Below, piece after piece: positions 51,001 through 64,000 of a DNA stretch of 64,000 nucleotides. Made by a program: the position numbers and the translations under genes. Position 1 is the stretch's first letter; every line of letters begins with the position of its first letter. Source of the stretch: Convolutriloba macropyga (Eukaryota); NCBI RefSeq assembly GCF_964194025.1, contig NC_134471.1, positions 58,218,001 through 58,282,000 on the forward strand, given 5' to 3'. The notes below the pieces were generated by a model. The model was not told the DNA's origin. It did not search any database and saw only the letters and a list, made by a program, of their open reading frames with translations.

Positions 51001-52940
51001 ATCACTGCAAGTGCCTCGCGTATGGTTGCGTTTCATTTCTGTTTTTGTGAGGACCATGCTTGAGTAAACAATTGGCCGCTCCACGTCGTCAACAACATTA
51101 GAGATCACTGCTCCTCAACTCACTTTGCTAGCATCTGTATCAATGATGAAGGGGCAATCAAAACGAAGAAACTGAATCACTGGCGCGATAGCAAGTTCGA
51201 CTCGAAGTCTATCAAATGATAATTGACAGCCGGAATTCTACTCGAAGCCAGCATCTTTCTTTGTGAGATCCGCGAGTGGCCTAGCAATCTGTGCAAAATC
51301 TCTCATGAAGCGTCGATAGTAAAAGCAGAAGCCAACAACAGACCGAATTGTTTCTCCGTCTTTGGTACGGGCCAATGCTTTACCGCCAAAACTTTGTCAG
51401 GGTGAGGTTTTGCTCCACCGTTGCCAATAACATGACTAAGATATACAACTTCTCGTTGAAATAATTTACAGTTTTTGGGCTTCAAATTCAAGTTCAGCGC
51501 TCGCAGCGTTTGAAAAATGGTTTGTATGTGTTCCAAGTGATCAACTTTATCAGTACTTTAAGCCAGGTCTTCGTCTAGGAAGATGAGAATATTTTTGTAG
51601 AGGTAGTCTCTGAAAATTTTATTCATCAATCGTTGGAACGTTCCAGGTGCATTTGACAGTCCAAAAGTTATTCGAACGTATTCATGAAGACCTCCATCCG
51701 AAGTCAGGAAAACCGTTTTTTGACAATGCTCCGGGGCCACAGGAATCTGCGAATATCCACTTGCCAAGTCCATTGAGGAAAACACTTTTGCTTCCTTCAG
51801 TGCATCAAACGACTGGTTGATCTTAGGAATTGGGAAAACATCTTTGATTGCTACGTCATTTAGCTTTCTGTAGCCAATGCCAACTCGTAAGCTCCCGATT
51901 TTCTTGTTCACAAGTACTACTGGGAAACTGTAAGTACTTTGAGAGGGTCGTATGATCCCTTGATCCAACATTGCATCCAATTCTTCCCTGATAATCTCTT
52001 TCTCCTCTGGGAGGAAATTTTGTTGGAGGGCTTTCACCAGTCTCAATTCTGTGTTTCACAACATTGGTGCAGCCTAACTCGTCGTTCGTCAAGGCTAAAA
52101 CGTCTCGAAACTCTCCTACTAAGGCTCTCAAATCATTCAAATCATTGCCTGTTACACCAGGCGCCGATAACTCTCTGGATATCGTCTTCAAGTTGAGACG
52201 TCCCTTTCAACTCAATTTGTAATTGGTTATCAAGATGTGTTTCAGCAGTCTTGGCAATGTGATCGAATAAGTTTGGGACCATTTTCGAGCTATTAGAAAC
52301 CTGTAGCATGCACAATCATTTGATGGTCATGAGCAACCCCCTCAAAATTAGTGTCCGACCTTTTCGGTCCTTCAATTCGTATTGGCACTGTTTATCCCTC
52401 TTTCTGATCTGTCCAAAGCTGATCAGTATCCAAGTCGATAATGCAACGTTACCCCTTTTAAGTCTCAAGGCCCAGGATCATGGGGTTGTCGAGATCAGGC
52501 ATGACTAAAACTTCTATACCAGTGTCGTTTTGCCCAAACATAGATGCCATTTAGCTCTGCTAATAACTTCAACTCGTTTACTGTCTGCTGTTTCCAGTCT
52601 ACCAGTATACTTTTGCATTCGATCCGGAAAATCCAAAAAAAAAACAATGTATCGTAACTGATAATGTTCGTGTTTGCTCCCGTATCTATAAGGAAGGTTA
52701 GCTTCGTGTCATCCGAATCAACTGAGACTAATATTCTGTATGCCTTCTATCCTTGCTCAGGCAACTCACGGATTGTGTCTGTTGTGGATGTCTTTGTAGC
52801 TAGGGTCTCGTCCAATTCGTGATACATCATTAACTGATTGGACTGCGATCCTTCGTTATTGGTGGCAACCGCTGTTTTGGGTTTATTTTTGTATTCAGCC
52901 GGGATAAACCCTTCCCTCCGGAAATCTCCCGTGGGCCCGG
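48005..52940 (-). pseudogene. pol: Gypsy pol (protease, RT, RNase H, integrase) with a partial internal duplication
   Basis: LTFLIDTGA (~52675-52700); PVVLV, MDLASGY, FGLSNAPGTFQRLM, IFLDE; FIIDTDAS; HANADGL; GHFAF...WWSSM; HTDQG, TSPYHPQGN..ER; GPY. Confidence 0.92.
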
Positions 52941-52958
52941 CCCTTTCTAGTTTTAAAG
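52896..52958 (-). promoter_or_regulatory. Putative gag-pol -1 ribosomal frameshift signal
   Basis: Minus strand TTTAAAAC-TAG just after the CCHC knuckle, followed by a GC-rich stem (gccggg/cccggc). Confidence 0.5.
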
Positions 52959-54076
52959 GAATGTTGGTAAGAAGTGGACAGTCTCTCTTGAAATGATCCG
53001 AACTTCCACAATGAAAACAACCAGTACCACCTTGTCATCGTTGTTGACCAGGGCTGTATTCTCCCTGCGTTCGAGAAGTTGACGCAAATCCTTGTCCGTA
53101 TCGACTATCTGGAGGGTACGGTTTGAACAATTGCTTTCCAGTGTTCTGAGGTGCAGGGACGTGCTCTGCCGGGAGTCCCGGTATGACAGACGAGACAAAC
53201 TTAGTCATCGTCGAAGATATATTTGACTTAAACTTTTCCTGACTCTCAACAATTTTTGTCAATTTTGGTCCCAAGCGCATCATTGGTCCGTGGACTTTGT
53301 GCAATTGAGTTGCCCTGAACACCTCTTGATGCTTGTGAAGGCAAAGGTTAAGCCACCACCGGAGGAAAAGAAGTTGCCTCCGCCATTGTTCTTATTGCTA
53401 ATATTCTTCTCCACCGTCGAAATTGCGAACATTTCGTAATGGCTTCAAGACTCAGTGCTCTGTTTACAGCTTCATCAACTGTCTGTGGATCCTCTCGAAG
53501 ATGCAGTTCGTAAATATCGGAATCGAACAAACCATCGATAAATTGTTCTCTGTTCATGTCATCTCGGGACAAAGTGTTCATGTGTGTATGTGCGATATCA
53601 CCAATGCCCTTACTTTTCTCGAAAACTCACGCGTTTCCGCCTTGTTACCCTACATGGGTGCCTTGAAATCAGCTCTGGCCGTACGATGATCACTGTAAGG
53701 CAACCTTCATGGGTCCAAGTACTCAAAAACCCTTGCTAGTGTTGGCGGCAAATTCCTCCCCACTTGTTTCGTAAATCTAGCAGGTATGGCAATGAACTCA
53801 ACAAGCGCCCACTATGTTAAAGAAAATGGAAGGGTCCAAATTGCTTTGATATCGTCCTAACCATAGGTGTCAGCTAGCCAGAGAAAGTGCTGCTTCCACT
53901 GGATCCACGTCGAGTGTTTTTTCGAGGGGTATCGATCTGGCCTCAGCGTGCCCGATCCGAAAACCCCACGGCCATTGTTTGCAGCATCCGCCTGCGTCTT
54001 CATCATCTCTGTCTAGCTCGAGAGGATCGTTGGGTAGATCTTCTCCGTTTTCACTTATTTCGAAAAACTTCACCAC
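52950..54076 (-). pseudogene. gag: Gypsy gag
   Basis: REQFIDGL...PQTVDEAV capsid-like motif and CCHC knuckle CFHCGSSDHFKRDC (~52975-53020). Confidence 0.85.
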
Positions 54077-56155
54077 TTAGTGGACAAAGAAATCTTACAG
54101 AAATTCGGAGAAGCGATGACCCACAGAAGCGACATTGTCGTGTTCTGAATTTATAACTAGACTACCAATGATGAAAAATTGTCACCCAGAAGATCGATCT
54201 ACCTTAATTAGAACCAACACCGAAGGTTTAAAAGTAAATGATGAAGCAAGCGCTACTTTGTCTCTTTTCTGAGTTTTTCCCCTCGTCCACTCTTGCAGGC
54301 AGTTTTGAGCACAAACTTAGAATCCACAGTAACTAAATGCAACTCTCAATCAACTAATGACTTGAGACAAATTCAACTGCAAAATTTTTGGATAAGTTCA
54401 AAATGTTCTCGTGATTCACTCGCAATATAATTAACCAAGTTACTCACAGTTTCCTAACTGGTCTTGCAGATTTACAGAGTGTTGACAGTTAAGTCCCACT
54501 AAACCAACTGCTCGCTAGCTCAGTTTTTTCTCTCTCTCCCCCTTCAACTTATATTCGATAAACTGATTACAACTTTTTTCTATTTGGCCAACTTTATCTT
54601 ATCTTAATTAAATACACTTTGAGCACTTAAGTAAACACCATAAGCCATTTTGACTAATTGACACATTCGTAGGTGGGTTTCCTTCACTAAACAAACAGAT
54701 TAACGTCAGAGTATACGATCCTTATCGCTTTTATTTGCGCACACAAATTTAGCGCCAAGCTGGTTTTGTCGCTTTGTTTTTCAAGGACTATCGTTCTCCA
54801 TGTGTGCATTATACTGCTAATTCCTGCCACAAAAGCTAAAATATTGGCCTTATATGCTTTTCCCGGCATTCCGTGCAATTCCCCATACAAAAAAGTCAGT
54901 AACTAAAATTTCCCAAAAACCCAAAAATTTGACCTCTAGGGGTCAATTAGGGGTCAACAGTCAAAAATGAATGGTCAATTTGGTAAAAATAACTATCGGC
55001 GCGGACAACCCTACCATAGTAACACCTACCCACCAATTTTTATCACCTAACTCTTAATAGAATACGAGCAAGGAACGCGCACACTTTTAATCGACCTACC
55101 GGATGAACCCAAATTTCAGAACTCAATATCTCGGAAGTAGTTGTCAAAACGTCTTTGGTTAAAAAATTCTAGTAAATATAAGGTGCCTTCAACTTGCCTG
55201 CCAAGTTTCATGACCAACGAATCAGCCGTTGCGAGTCATTTGCAATTTGAAAATTTTTAACTAGTGTCGACCAAAATAAAAAAATCCAATTTCGCGAAAA
55301 GTTACCGGGGTGGGTATATTTTGTCACTAACAGTCCTGGGTTATCGTATTTTCACCATATCAAAATCATTTCGGGGCTACAAATTTGTTTTTTTTTTATT
55401 TTCGGCTTTCGGTTTGTCCCGCAGCACCGGCGTGCGCTCGAAATCTGGGTTTAAAAATATCACCAATCAAAAGCCCTTGAAAAGTTTCACTAACCCTCCA
55501 AAAATTATAGGGCTACCAGTACTCCACGGGCAATTAAAATTTTACGTTCCGCAGCACGGGCATGCACTAGTTCCGTGCAGTTGTTGGTGTGGGGTCAAAT
55601 CTGACATTAAAATCCGATTCCTAGTACCGAAATTAGTCTATTCTCCAATTTTCAGGTCAATCCGACTTCAAATTTTCGAAAAAACACTATTTCAATTTAG
55701 GTGCTAACTACCTTCTAGTGATAATAAACAATATTCTCAAAAATCGCCATTTTACATCATAATCCCTTCCCAAGATCATGCAAATTAGTCCTTCAATTCA
55801 AACGTGCATGACATTACAACTGAATAATCCCGTTATTTCCGACTCAAAGAGTCTTGTTTCACAGTAAAATAACTAAAAACCTTCAAATCACACTTCTTCC
55901 GGTGTTAATAACTGGAGGGTGGGTGTTCTGATCGGCCTGAAAATATATCCGTAATAGAGGACTATTAGGGGTTCATCCCATCAATGACTGGTTATCAAAC
56001 AATAACTCTTTCCCCTCCGGGGGTGTCGGACAAACTCTGTCCAGGGTTTTTCGAAAAACTGATAAATTGCGTTTTTATTTACTGTAAGTCATTAAAACTC
56101 TGCTTAAGTGTCTTACTTTGCGTACATTTATAGGTTATATACATTTTCAGTTGAA

Positions 56156-56803
56156 ATGGATAGTCAAACCTACTTTGAAATCTTTCATTATTTTAAATCG
56201 GGCCTTTATCCGATAAAATGTACGCAGATTCACAAGAAAAACCTCCGTCGTAAAGGGCTTTATTGCAAGTGGGTTCAGGGATCACGGTTCTAAACCGAAG
56301 TATCGCCAGAACTAAGATTACAGAATTGCCCCGGGAAAACAATCATCCCTCCAAAGAAAATCTGGAATCTATGATACTGCACGGTATGATCGCGTTACTT
56401 TAGATGTAGCCCACCCCAAAATCAATTGCGTGGCCTCATGTCTAGCAACCATTATCACTGGAGATCCCACTCGGGCTGGAAAAATCGAGCAAAGTTTTGT
56501 TACATTACGGAACGGATCAAACAAGCATTTATTTAAATGAACTGGAAAACCCCCCTGATCAGAGGAATCAAGGATGTGGAGTACGTAAACACTACAGACT
56601 TACAATTATTTGGTCGTCATTGTCGTTTAAACATTTATGTGTACTATGATCCTGAGGGTGGAGAAAAACCTTATTACCTACAACTACCTGGAACACATAA
56701 AGGATTGCAAGATGGGGCGATATTCTTGAAATTCCAAGTGGTAGAGGGTGTGCAACACTGCCTCCTAAAATATCAATGCGAATTTAAATCAACGAGCGGG
56801 TAA
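56156..56803 (+). pseudogene. Transposon-like remnant: integrase-type N-terminal motif joined to an OTU-like cysteine-protease fragment
   Basis: YFEIFHYFKSGLYP...KKNLRRK, then NCVASCLATIITG, YVNTTDLQLF..LNIYVY and IFL....HC in shifting frames. Confidence 0.35.
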
Positions 56804-57988
56804 TAAACTTTTATTTTACTTCAAAGAGGTATATACAATAATAAACTAGTTTTTCGCGGTCTTGGCTGGCTCCCTAGCGAGCATTCTTTCCACCGCCAAG
56901 GCAAATTTGGTTCCCGTTTTCGGATATCCGCCGTATTTACACCGCCTGTAGCGGCCATCTTTGATTTGCTCTGTATTAGAGCCGTTTTAGCCCTTTCTTT
57001 AATTGTTTTTCCTTTCAGTGCGGGTGCAGATGTTTCAATTTTTACATGGGAGGGCTCAAATAAAGACGAGGGAGGTCATGCGGGCACTGAAATCTCTGAT
57101 CCTCTCGATTGAGTTTTTCCTCTTAAATTGCGAACAATTTTTCGTGGTTGCTTTGCTCTGGCAAGTTAGCTTTAAATACTTTCTTTAATGACCTTTACTT
57201 GTGCTCATAATCAACTATTTACACATTCACCGCCGCCTGTTTTGTCTCATCAACCTAACTTGACAGCCTTTCATTACTCAACCTCAACCAATTTAATATG
57301 CTTTTATCCGGTTTGTAACTTTGCCTACTTTTGTGCATATTTGTTGTAATGAGAAATTGGGGCACCAAGTATATGCTTTCAAGAGAGTGCTTAAAATTGT
57401 TCAATTTAGCTTCGGTGTAATTATCTTAATAGATTGTCCTAAATACGCGCTTTCCAACAAGCATACATACAAGTATATTCGCCGCATCGTTCAATTTCCA
57501 TGCTGGCTACACTCACGGATTCGCCCATTTTGTTTCGGCCTTATTCTTTTTAGGCTTTCTTTCAATTTTTCTTGTGTTACGTACTGTGTTTACTCTGCAA
57601 ATTTCTTGGGGACAAATTTTTGCCAGTAGTCAATCGTTGTTCATTTGAGCAATCGTTCATGGAGTCAGAGCTCAAGATTCAAATAAATCTTCCATCGAAT
57701 CAGAGTGTTTTAAAACATATCCTTAGTCTAATCATTTGTTAAAAAAGCACGTCTAAGTTTCACGTTGCTGGACAAAAGTGACAAAGTTTTTATTGTCATT
57801 TTAGCGGTTCATTGAATCATCCTGAAAGTTGCAATAACATTAGCAACATGATGCAAGGGCACAAAAGGGGCATCAACGGTTTTTGGAGGCATTAATAGAT
57901 TGAAGTATTTTGTCATCTTCTTTGAAGGCTAAAATGTTGTCAAGACGGTCACTACTTCAATTTGTGAGAAAAGTGTTACCCACGTTGC

Positions 57989-60900
57989 CTAAAACCGAAG
58001 CAGAGAAAATAAAAAAGAATTCGGAGAAGAAACGCATGCGAGACCGGAAACGGGGCGAACGAACGTGCAGAAAGCCATTTTTATCTTTACGACTCGTCTT
58101 TCTTCATATCGCTCTGTCGTTTTCTCCATGACTCTTCCCAGTGGCCAAATCCCTCTTGGTGTTTGGCCTTTCAACACCCAAACGATGTCGTCAACTTTGA
58201 GCGGTCGATCGTTGCTGTTTGACCATTTTGACCGTCGGCTAAGGGTTGACAGATACTCTTTCACCAAACGCTGCCATACATGGTTCATCAGGTTCTGCTT
58301 GTTCTTCCATATCTTGAAGCTTGCAGGTTGTCAGTCTCCAAATTGTCCTGGTGGTGAGCTATTGAAGGAACGCTGGATAAAAAAATGGTTTGGTGTCAAA
58401 GGTTTCTTGTTGTCTGGTTGCCCAGCAATGTCAGCGGTTTGGAATTGAGAATTGATTCTGTTTCCACAATGATTGTGAAGAAATTGTCAAAGGACAGTCT
58501 TCTTGAACTTAGAATGATGAGGAGCATTCATTTGGCGCTCTGGATCAAACGAGCTCAGACACTGCCAAAATGAGGTCCGTATGTGGGATTGAATTTCCAC
58601 GTTGTATTGGCTACCGCTCAAAACTTTGTAGATTCTGTCAATATCCAGGGCTTTAACAGTTTTCGTCAGTTTTTCAGAAGCGCCAACTACGGTTTTTCTG
58701 TTGTCGCTGTAAAGAAGTTGGGGCTGGCATCGCCGACTGCAAAATCTTCTGAAGGCATTGAGAAACGTATCTGTGTTTAACTCTGGACACGTTTCTAAGT
58801 GATCTGCACGCGTCACCATGCATGTAAATTTCAGACCATAATGTTTTTCTATAACGCCTTTGGAATCTCCGATGTATAGGGGTCCAAACAAATCTACTAC
58901 AGAATTTGCAAAAGGGAACTGTGTTTCTGCTGTTGCAAAACGAGAACCGGGTAATGGTGCCACAATTGGTTGAATGTTTTTCATGTCAAAGCGTCGACAT
59001 AAAAAACAAGAAAATTGTACACTTGCTAACGCTTTCCAAAGGACAATCGCATAATAACGTTGTTAAATGAAGGCTTTTGTTGGTTCTGTTGACTGGTGAA
59101 TACATAATTGATGGGCATGTTCCAAGTATGAACGAACAATTTTGTCAATGGCGTGCAAAATGATTGGTCGTTTTTCCAAATCCAGTTGTGTTGGTGCATA
59201 CTGCAATCGACCACAAGATCTGAGTAATCTCTTCTCATCCATTAATGGATTTAGGCATCGTTGTCTGCACTTACAATCTAGTTTGATTCCACGTTGTAAG
59301 GAAATAACAACCGAAGGGGAAAAACGTCCAGAGATATTTTCAGGAGAAAATTTCTTGATAACGGAATGTCTTTAGTTGTGTACTAGTGATTGCTCGTTCC
59401 CATTTTCTTTGTGCGATAAATTATGTTGAACACAGTTGTCATTGTCTGAAGAAATTTCTTCCATGTTGAGAATTTGATCGGGTCGACTACAGGTTTAAGC
59501 GTCTTGAGACTTCTCGTGACTGCCGCGCATTTTACGCGTGGTTTGTTTATCTAACTCGTTTTCGCATAGAAATTGTGGTTGTTCTAATTACTTCTGCTGA
59601 ATTTAGCTTGTCTCAAGACGCGAGGTCCGTGATCGGCGGGATTGAGATAAGTTGAGATGTGATGCCATTGCTTGGGTAAAAAATTTTTATGATTTTCTTG
59701 CAATTTGTTTGAAACAAAGACGTTTTGCTTCTTATTTGAGGCTATTCAGTCCGAAACTACTTGACTGTCGGACCGGAGAAAAATTTGGTCGATTGTCAGT
59801 GTCATTACTCTTTGGATCAATTGTAGAGGGCGCACTCTTATAACAGCGGCTTCTAGTTCTGTTTTTTTGCAGGCTTCTTTGTTTAATGGGAGCGACTTTG
59901 CCCTTTCCAATGAGAAAAGAGAGTTTTTGCTGACCATTTTGGCTATTTGTGGTACGAAACGGCTGCCATAGCTGCCATTGAGGCATCCACAAAAATGTGA
60001 AATTGGCTGGCGGTCTTTTGCTCAAGTTATGAACAGTTCTTGGTTTTCGAATTTCTGGAGTGGTAACGTAGCTGGTTGGTTGAATGTCAGTGTCAATTTT
60101 TTTTGCATCAGTTGTAGAAGGCCCTCTCCTAAAACAGCGGCTTCTAGTTCCATTTTTGGCACGCTTATTTGTTTAGTGGGAGCGCCTTTGCACTTTCCAA
60201 TGAGAAAAGAGGCTGGTTGATGACGATTTTCTCTATTTTTGGTACGGAGATAGGAAACGGCTGCCACAGCTGCCATTGAGGCACCCACAGAAATGTGAAG
60301 TTGGCTGGCTGGGTTTTTGCTCATATTGTGAACAGTTCTTGGCATTCGAATTTCTGGCATTGCAAAGTAGCTGTTATGAAGTTTCTGGAGGGCATTCTGT
60401 AGCTCCAGTGGTATCAATTCATCCCAAATTTTTTCCAAGTTTCCGAATCTGCTGCAGAATCATTCTGATCCTAAATGTCAGAGGAGACAACAAGCCGAGG
60501 GGATCAAAGATTGAGGATGCCAAACTGAATAACTTCCTTTGTGTGTACACTGCTGCATCTTTAGGAAATTGTTGTAGGGGAAACATGACAAAATCGTCAG
60601 TTGTTACGTTCCATTTTTGACCGAGAACTCTCATGATCCCTTTTGTTTCGTCTTTGTCATCGTCTGAGATTTCAGCGAGAACCACTGGTGTGTCCAAAAC
60701 AAGTTTTGTGAACCTGAAGCCGCCTTTTTAGGCAGTTTTTTGTCTGTGAAATTTTGGCTTTCGCTATTGTTGGAATAGACAGGATGTAGTCATCCATATA
60801 AAAGTGGTGCGTAATGGCAATCAATGCTGCTGGAAACTGAAATTTTTTATCTTCAGCACATTTGGGAAGCACATAAATTGCGCAAAATGGTGAAAATATA

Positions 60901-63900
60901 GCACCAAAGATTAACCTAGTAAACTGGAATTGTCGGATGTTGTTGTCTATTATCAAAAGAACACGAGGAGCAGACAAGTCTTCTTGTCTGACGGTAATTT
61001 GCATAAACATTCCTGCAATTTCTGAAAGGACAGCGACCGGATGTTCTCTGAATCTCAACAAAATTCCAACTAAGATAATTAACAAATCAGGACCAGTTAG
61101 AAAGTTTGAGTTCAGTGATTCACCACGAAACTTTAATGCTGCGTTTGCAACTCTTCTCACTTTTCCGGGTTTGTTTGGTTTAGTGACCGGATGATGAGGT
61201 AAGTACCATACTGACTATGGAGGTGTTGCTTGCATTTCGACTGGCTTGAGAAAATTTTTATCCAGAATTGTTGGGAGTATCTGGTTGTACTTCTCATTGA
61301 GACCCGGATCGTTTTTTTGTTTCTTTTTGTAGACTTTTTAGTTGACTGGCTGCTGAGAAATAGTTATTCTGGAGGAGTTTCTTTACAAGTTTCCAAGGAT
61401 GTCCATTCTGATATCTTTCACCGTTGTAATTGATTGAGTTTTCCATTTTTGCATTGCTAATTGGTCTAGTGAGCTGTCTTCATTTTGTTCGGGTAATGTA
61501 CCTCCAGCGTCTATTTTCCTGGGTCTTTGAACCAATTCGTCCAATGGTTCTTCTCCAATGTCTTTCCGGCAGACATGGTAAGCGAATGGTTGTCGCTGCT
61601 GGGGTTCGTTTGCATTCATTGTTTTATGAGAAAGCTCGTACTTTCCAGCGAGAGTTCAACCAAGCTTTGTCTTGACGCCAAATGGATGCTTTTTGCTACC
61701 TTCGATTACATCGACTGGGTACGCGAAGGCAAACGTATTGACACGAAGGAGGCTATGTCAGGAGGCTATTGCCCTATTGGCTATGTCAGGGAAATAAATG
61801 TGACTAATTACTTTGAAGGTGTCGCAGAATTCATTGAGTTCGAGAACGTTAGCGGGCGATACATTGAGACGTGGCGTGCTATAGGCTCTTGCCATGCTGA
61901 ATTGCTGGTTGATTTTGTCAAGAAGCGTTACTGTCACTGTTTCACTTATTTTTGACAGCGTTATTGCATGTTCAGTGTTTAAGTACTGCAGAGTTGTTGA
62001 TGCCTCACAGGGAAGCTCAGGAAAACTAGTAATGTTATCCATCAGGAGGGCGAACTTGCTTCCGGGATCGATCAAGGCATAGATATCAAACACTTTGCCT
62101 CCGTTTACAAATGAAACTGGTAGTATTTGTAGTTGCTCATACCATTCAGGAGGAAGAATTGTATTTCGGTTGATACTGAAGTTTTGGGTCCGATTCGAAG
62201 CATTCAACGTGAATTGGCACGTTGAATATTTTGTTGTGGTGATTGTTGATTACCAGAGAACAATTAACCATATATTGTGTGTTGGTTCTTTTTACTGCTA
62301 ACAGTGTCAGTACTTTTGTTTTGATTTTGCTGCTTGTTGAAAGGATGGCTGTCTTTGGCGGCTTGCTACATTTTGTGTCGGCTGGTTGGGATGGCTTGAT
62401 AAGAAAGCAGCGGTGCGTCGCTTAACTTGTATCGAAGGATCATGCAAAATTGTGTGGTGAAACCATTTACATATTTGGCATCGTTTTGTGGAAGGACATG
62501 AATGCTTAAAATTTTTGTTGCTTATTCAGTTCGAGCAAAGATTGTTCTTGCTCACAATTTCGCAATTTCATACCTTTGGTCTGTCAAACATTTTTGTTAT
62601 TCAGGGCATATAGCGAGTATGTGGTTTTCTTTTGCCTTTCTCTCAAGACTTGTTCCACTGATCAGCATCTTTACGCGGAGGAAAGGGTGGTTGACCATGC
62701 TGGTTTGCAGTGCAATTTGAGTGCAATGAATTCTGTTTCCAACTGTTTGGCGATTTATTAGAAAGTTTGTTCACAGCATTGCTGTTCCTACTATCAGTGT
62801 TGTTAATTCTGCTAACGTTATTATTGTTTTGACCGAAAGTGATCGTATTATTAGACGGCTTTTGAACATTTTCTCTGTTGATTTTGTCGTACACTTGAGC
62901 CTAAACTTCAAGCCACTTTTGGAATTCAGAGAGTGTTGCCCGTTTACCAATTGATGCGATTGTATTTTCTGTCCGTTTAATCAGAATGTTATGTTGAATT
63001 TTCTCTTTCGACTTTTTCATCAATGTTGAGCTTTGCAGGTCAGCTTTGAAAACAAATAATCAAAAGCTTGCACTAACCGTTTGAGAAAAAAATTAAAAGA
63101 TACCAAATTCTGTCTGTTGTAATCAGTGTTCGGATCCAGGCTTCCAATTGATTGATAAATGCATTCACAGCAATGCTACGTTCTCCAAAGTGATTCATAT
63201 GTCTTTCAATGCAATCGGGTAGTATGCAGGGTCACACAAATCAGCTTAAATTTTTTCCATGGCATTTCCTACGACCAGGTTTTGCAGGTATGTATTGCGG
63301 TGTGCTTCTGTAAGACTGATATTATTGTGGACAAGGTTGAAAAAAATGTTTATCCACTCATGGTATTTCATTGGTTTCCATTGAAATTTGGAATTGCAAG
63401 GTGGAAGTTTAATGGAGCTCCTTTTTGTGGTTTCCAATTTGAAATTGGGCTCAAACGGGATTCTTTCTGTTTGTATTTTAGTTCGTGGCTGAAACTCGTG
63501 GCTTTCAAGACAGGACCAATTTGGAAACTGATTCCAGTTTTCTGAAACGTTTGGTTGGCTAACTTGTTGAGCAATCGGAGGAAAGATGGCTATTTGGTAG
63601 TTTCTAAATGGATTTTCCGGAGTTGGTGGAAAGTTAAGTGGTTGTGAAGGTGTACAACTAACGAGCGTGGTACCAGTGTTGTTGAATGTTGAAACAATTC
63701 CTATCGTTTGGTTCTTGTGTTTTAATTAAACTGTTAAACTGAACTACAGTTGGCTATTGTTCATTTCGATATTGTTGGGAATTTTTTGGTTGCACTACCG
63801 TAGGCAAGGACCAATCTCTCGGTATTCTGGTTTTGATTGATTGGAAAAATTGTCATATTTCGGTTGAAACTTTTAGAGCTGTGGAAATTTGGTTGTTGTC

Positions 63901-64000
63901 AAATTACAAAGGAATGTGACTACAGTCTTCGAAAGGTTGTGGATTGGGAGCGGTGATTTTTATCGTTGTATTTCTTCCATTTTCAGAATGACGTTTAGGT
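57989..64000 (-). mobile_element. Degenerate BEL/Pao LTR retrotransposon (gag-pol), truncated by the window edge
   Basis: DUF1759-like gag (IPNFNG..YHEW..F...VH); protease YALIDPGS; RT LTGPDL, FYMDDY; Pao RNase H IFDPLG, KVAP..PKMELEAA; integrase VDLFGP, YSDN; DUF5641 WQRLVKEYL...WPLGRV. Confidence 0.93.

Larger units (their letters stand above)
46230..54170 (-). mobile_element. Degenerate env-bearing Ty3/Gypsy LTR retroelement (gag-pro-RT-RH-IN-env)
   Basis: Domain order PR-RT-RH-IN then env. A CA followed by a TGGTAG PBS-like sequence on the minus strand at ~54157-54170 suggests the 5' LTR lies to the right. No matching 3' LTR was found. Confidence 0.9.

Noticed and set aside
57215-57240. 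BEL-type polypurine tract (minus-strand GGCGGCGGTGAA-TGT) marking a 3' LTR start at 57225
   Set aside because: Plausible, but the partner LTR is outside the window and the boundary cannot be verified.

Overview
Eukaryotic (animal-like), AT-rich, repeat-dominated genomic DNA with no rRNA, tRNA or CRISPR features. Left to right: (1) 4067-19096 is a full-length (~15 kb, one N-gap) but decaying Polinton/Maverick (adintovirus-like endogenous DNA virus) with a 6-bp TSD (CTCCTT). It carries remnants of protein-primed PolB, rve integrase, adenain-like protease, two A32/FtsK-like packaging ATPases, major and minor capsid proteins and several accessory genes. (2) ~20.5-38.06 kb is a satellite of ~720-bp monomers with higher-order duplications. 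(3) 39.9-41.2 kb is a probable host gene for a secreted CAP/SCP-like, possibly GPI-anchored protein. (4) 46.2-54.2 kb is a degenerate env-bearing Ty3/Gypsy element. (5) ~56.1-56.8 kb is an OTU-like transposon remnant. (6) 58-64 kb is a degenerate BEL/Pao element. The strongest candidates for undescribed biology are in the Polinton. Each terminal inverted repeat is itself a 124-bp palindrome, giving four AGTAGT-type ends. The AT-rich genome is studded with more than 20 GC-stemmed GNA-triloop mini-hairpins (GCGAAGC type), many in-frame inside genes. The protease may be fused through an (Asn-Asp)n linker to the second ATPase. All family calls come from motif recognition by eye; no searches were run.
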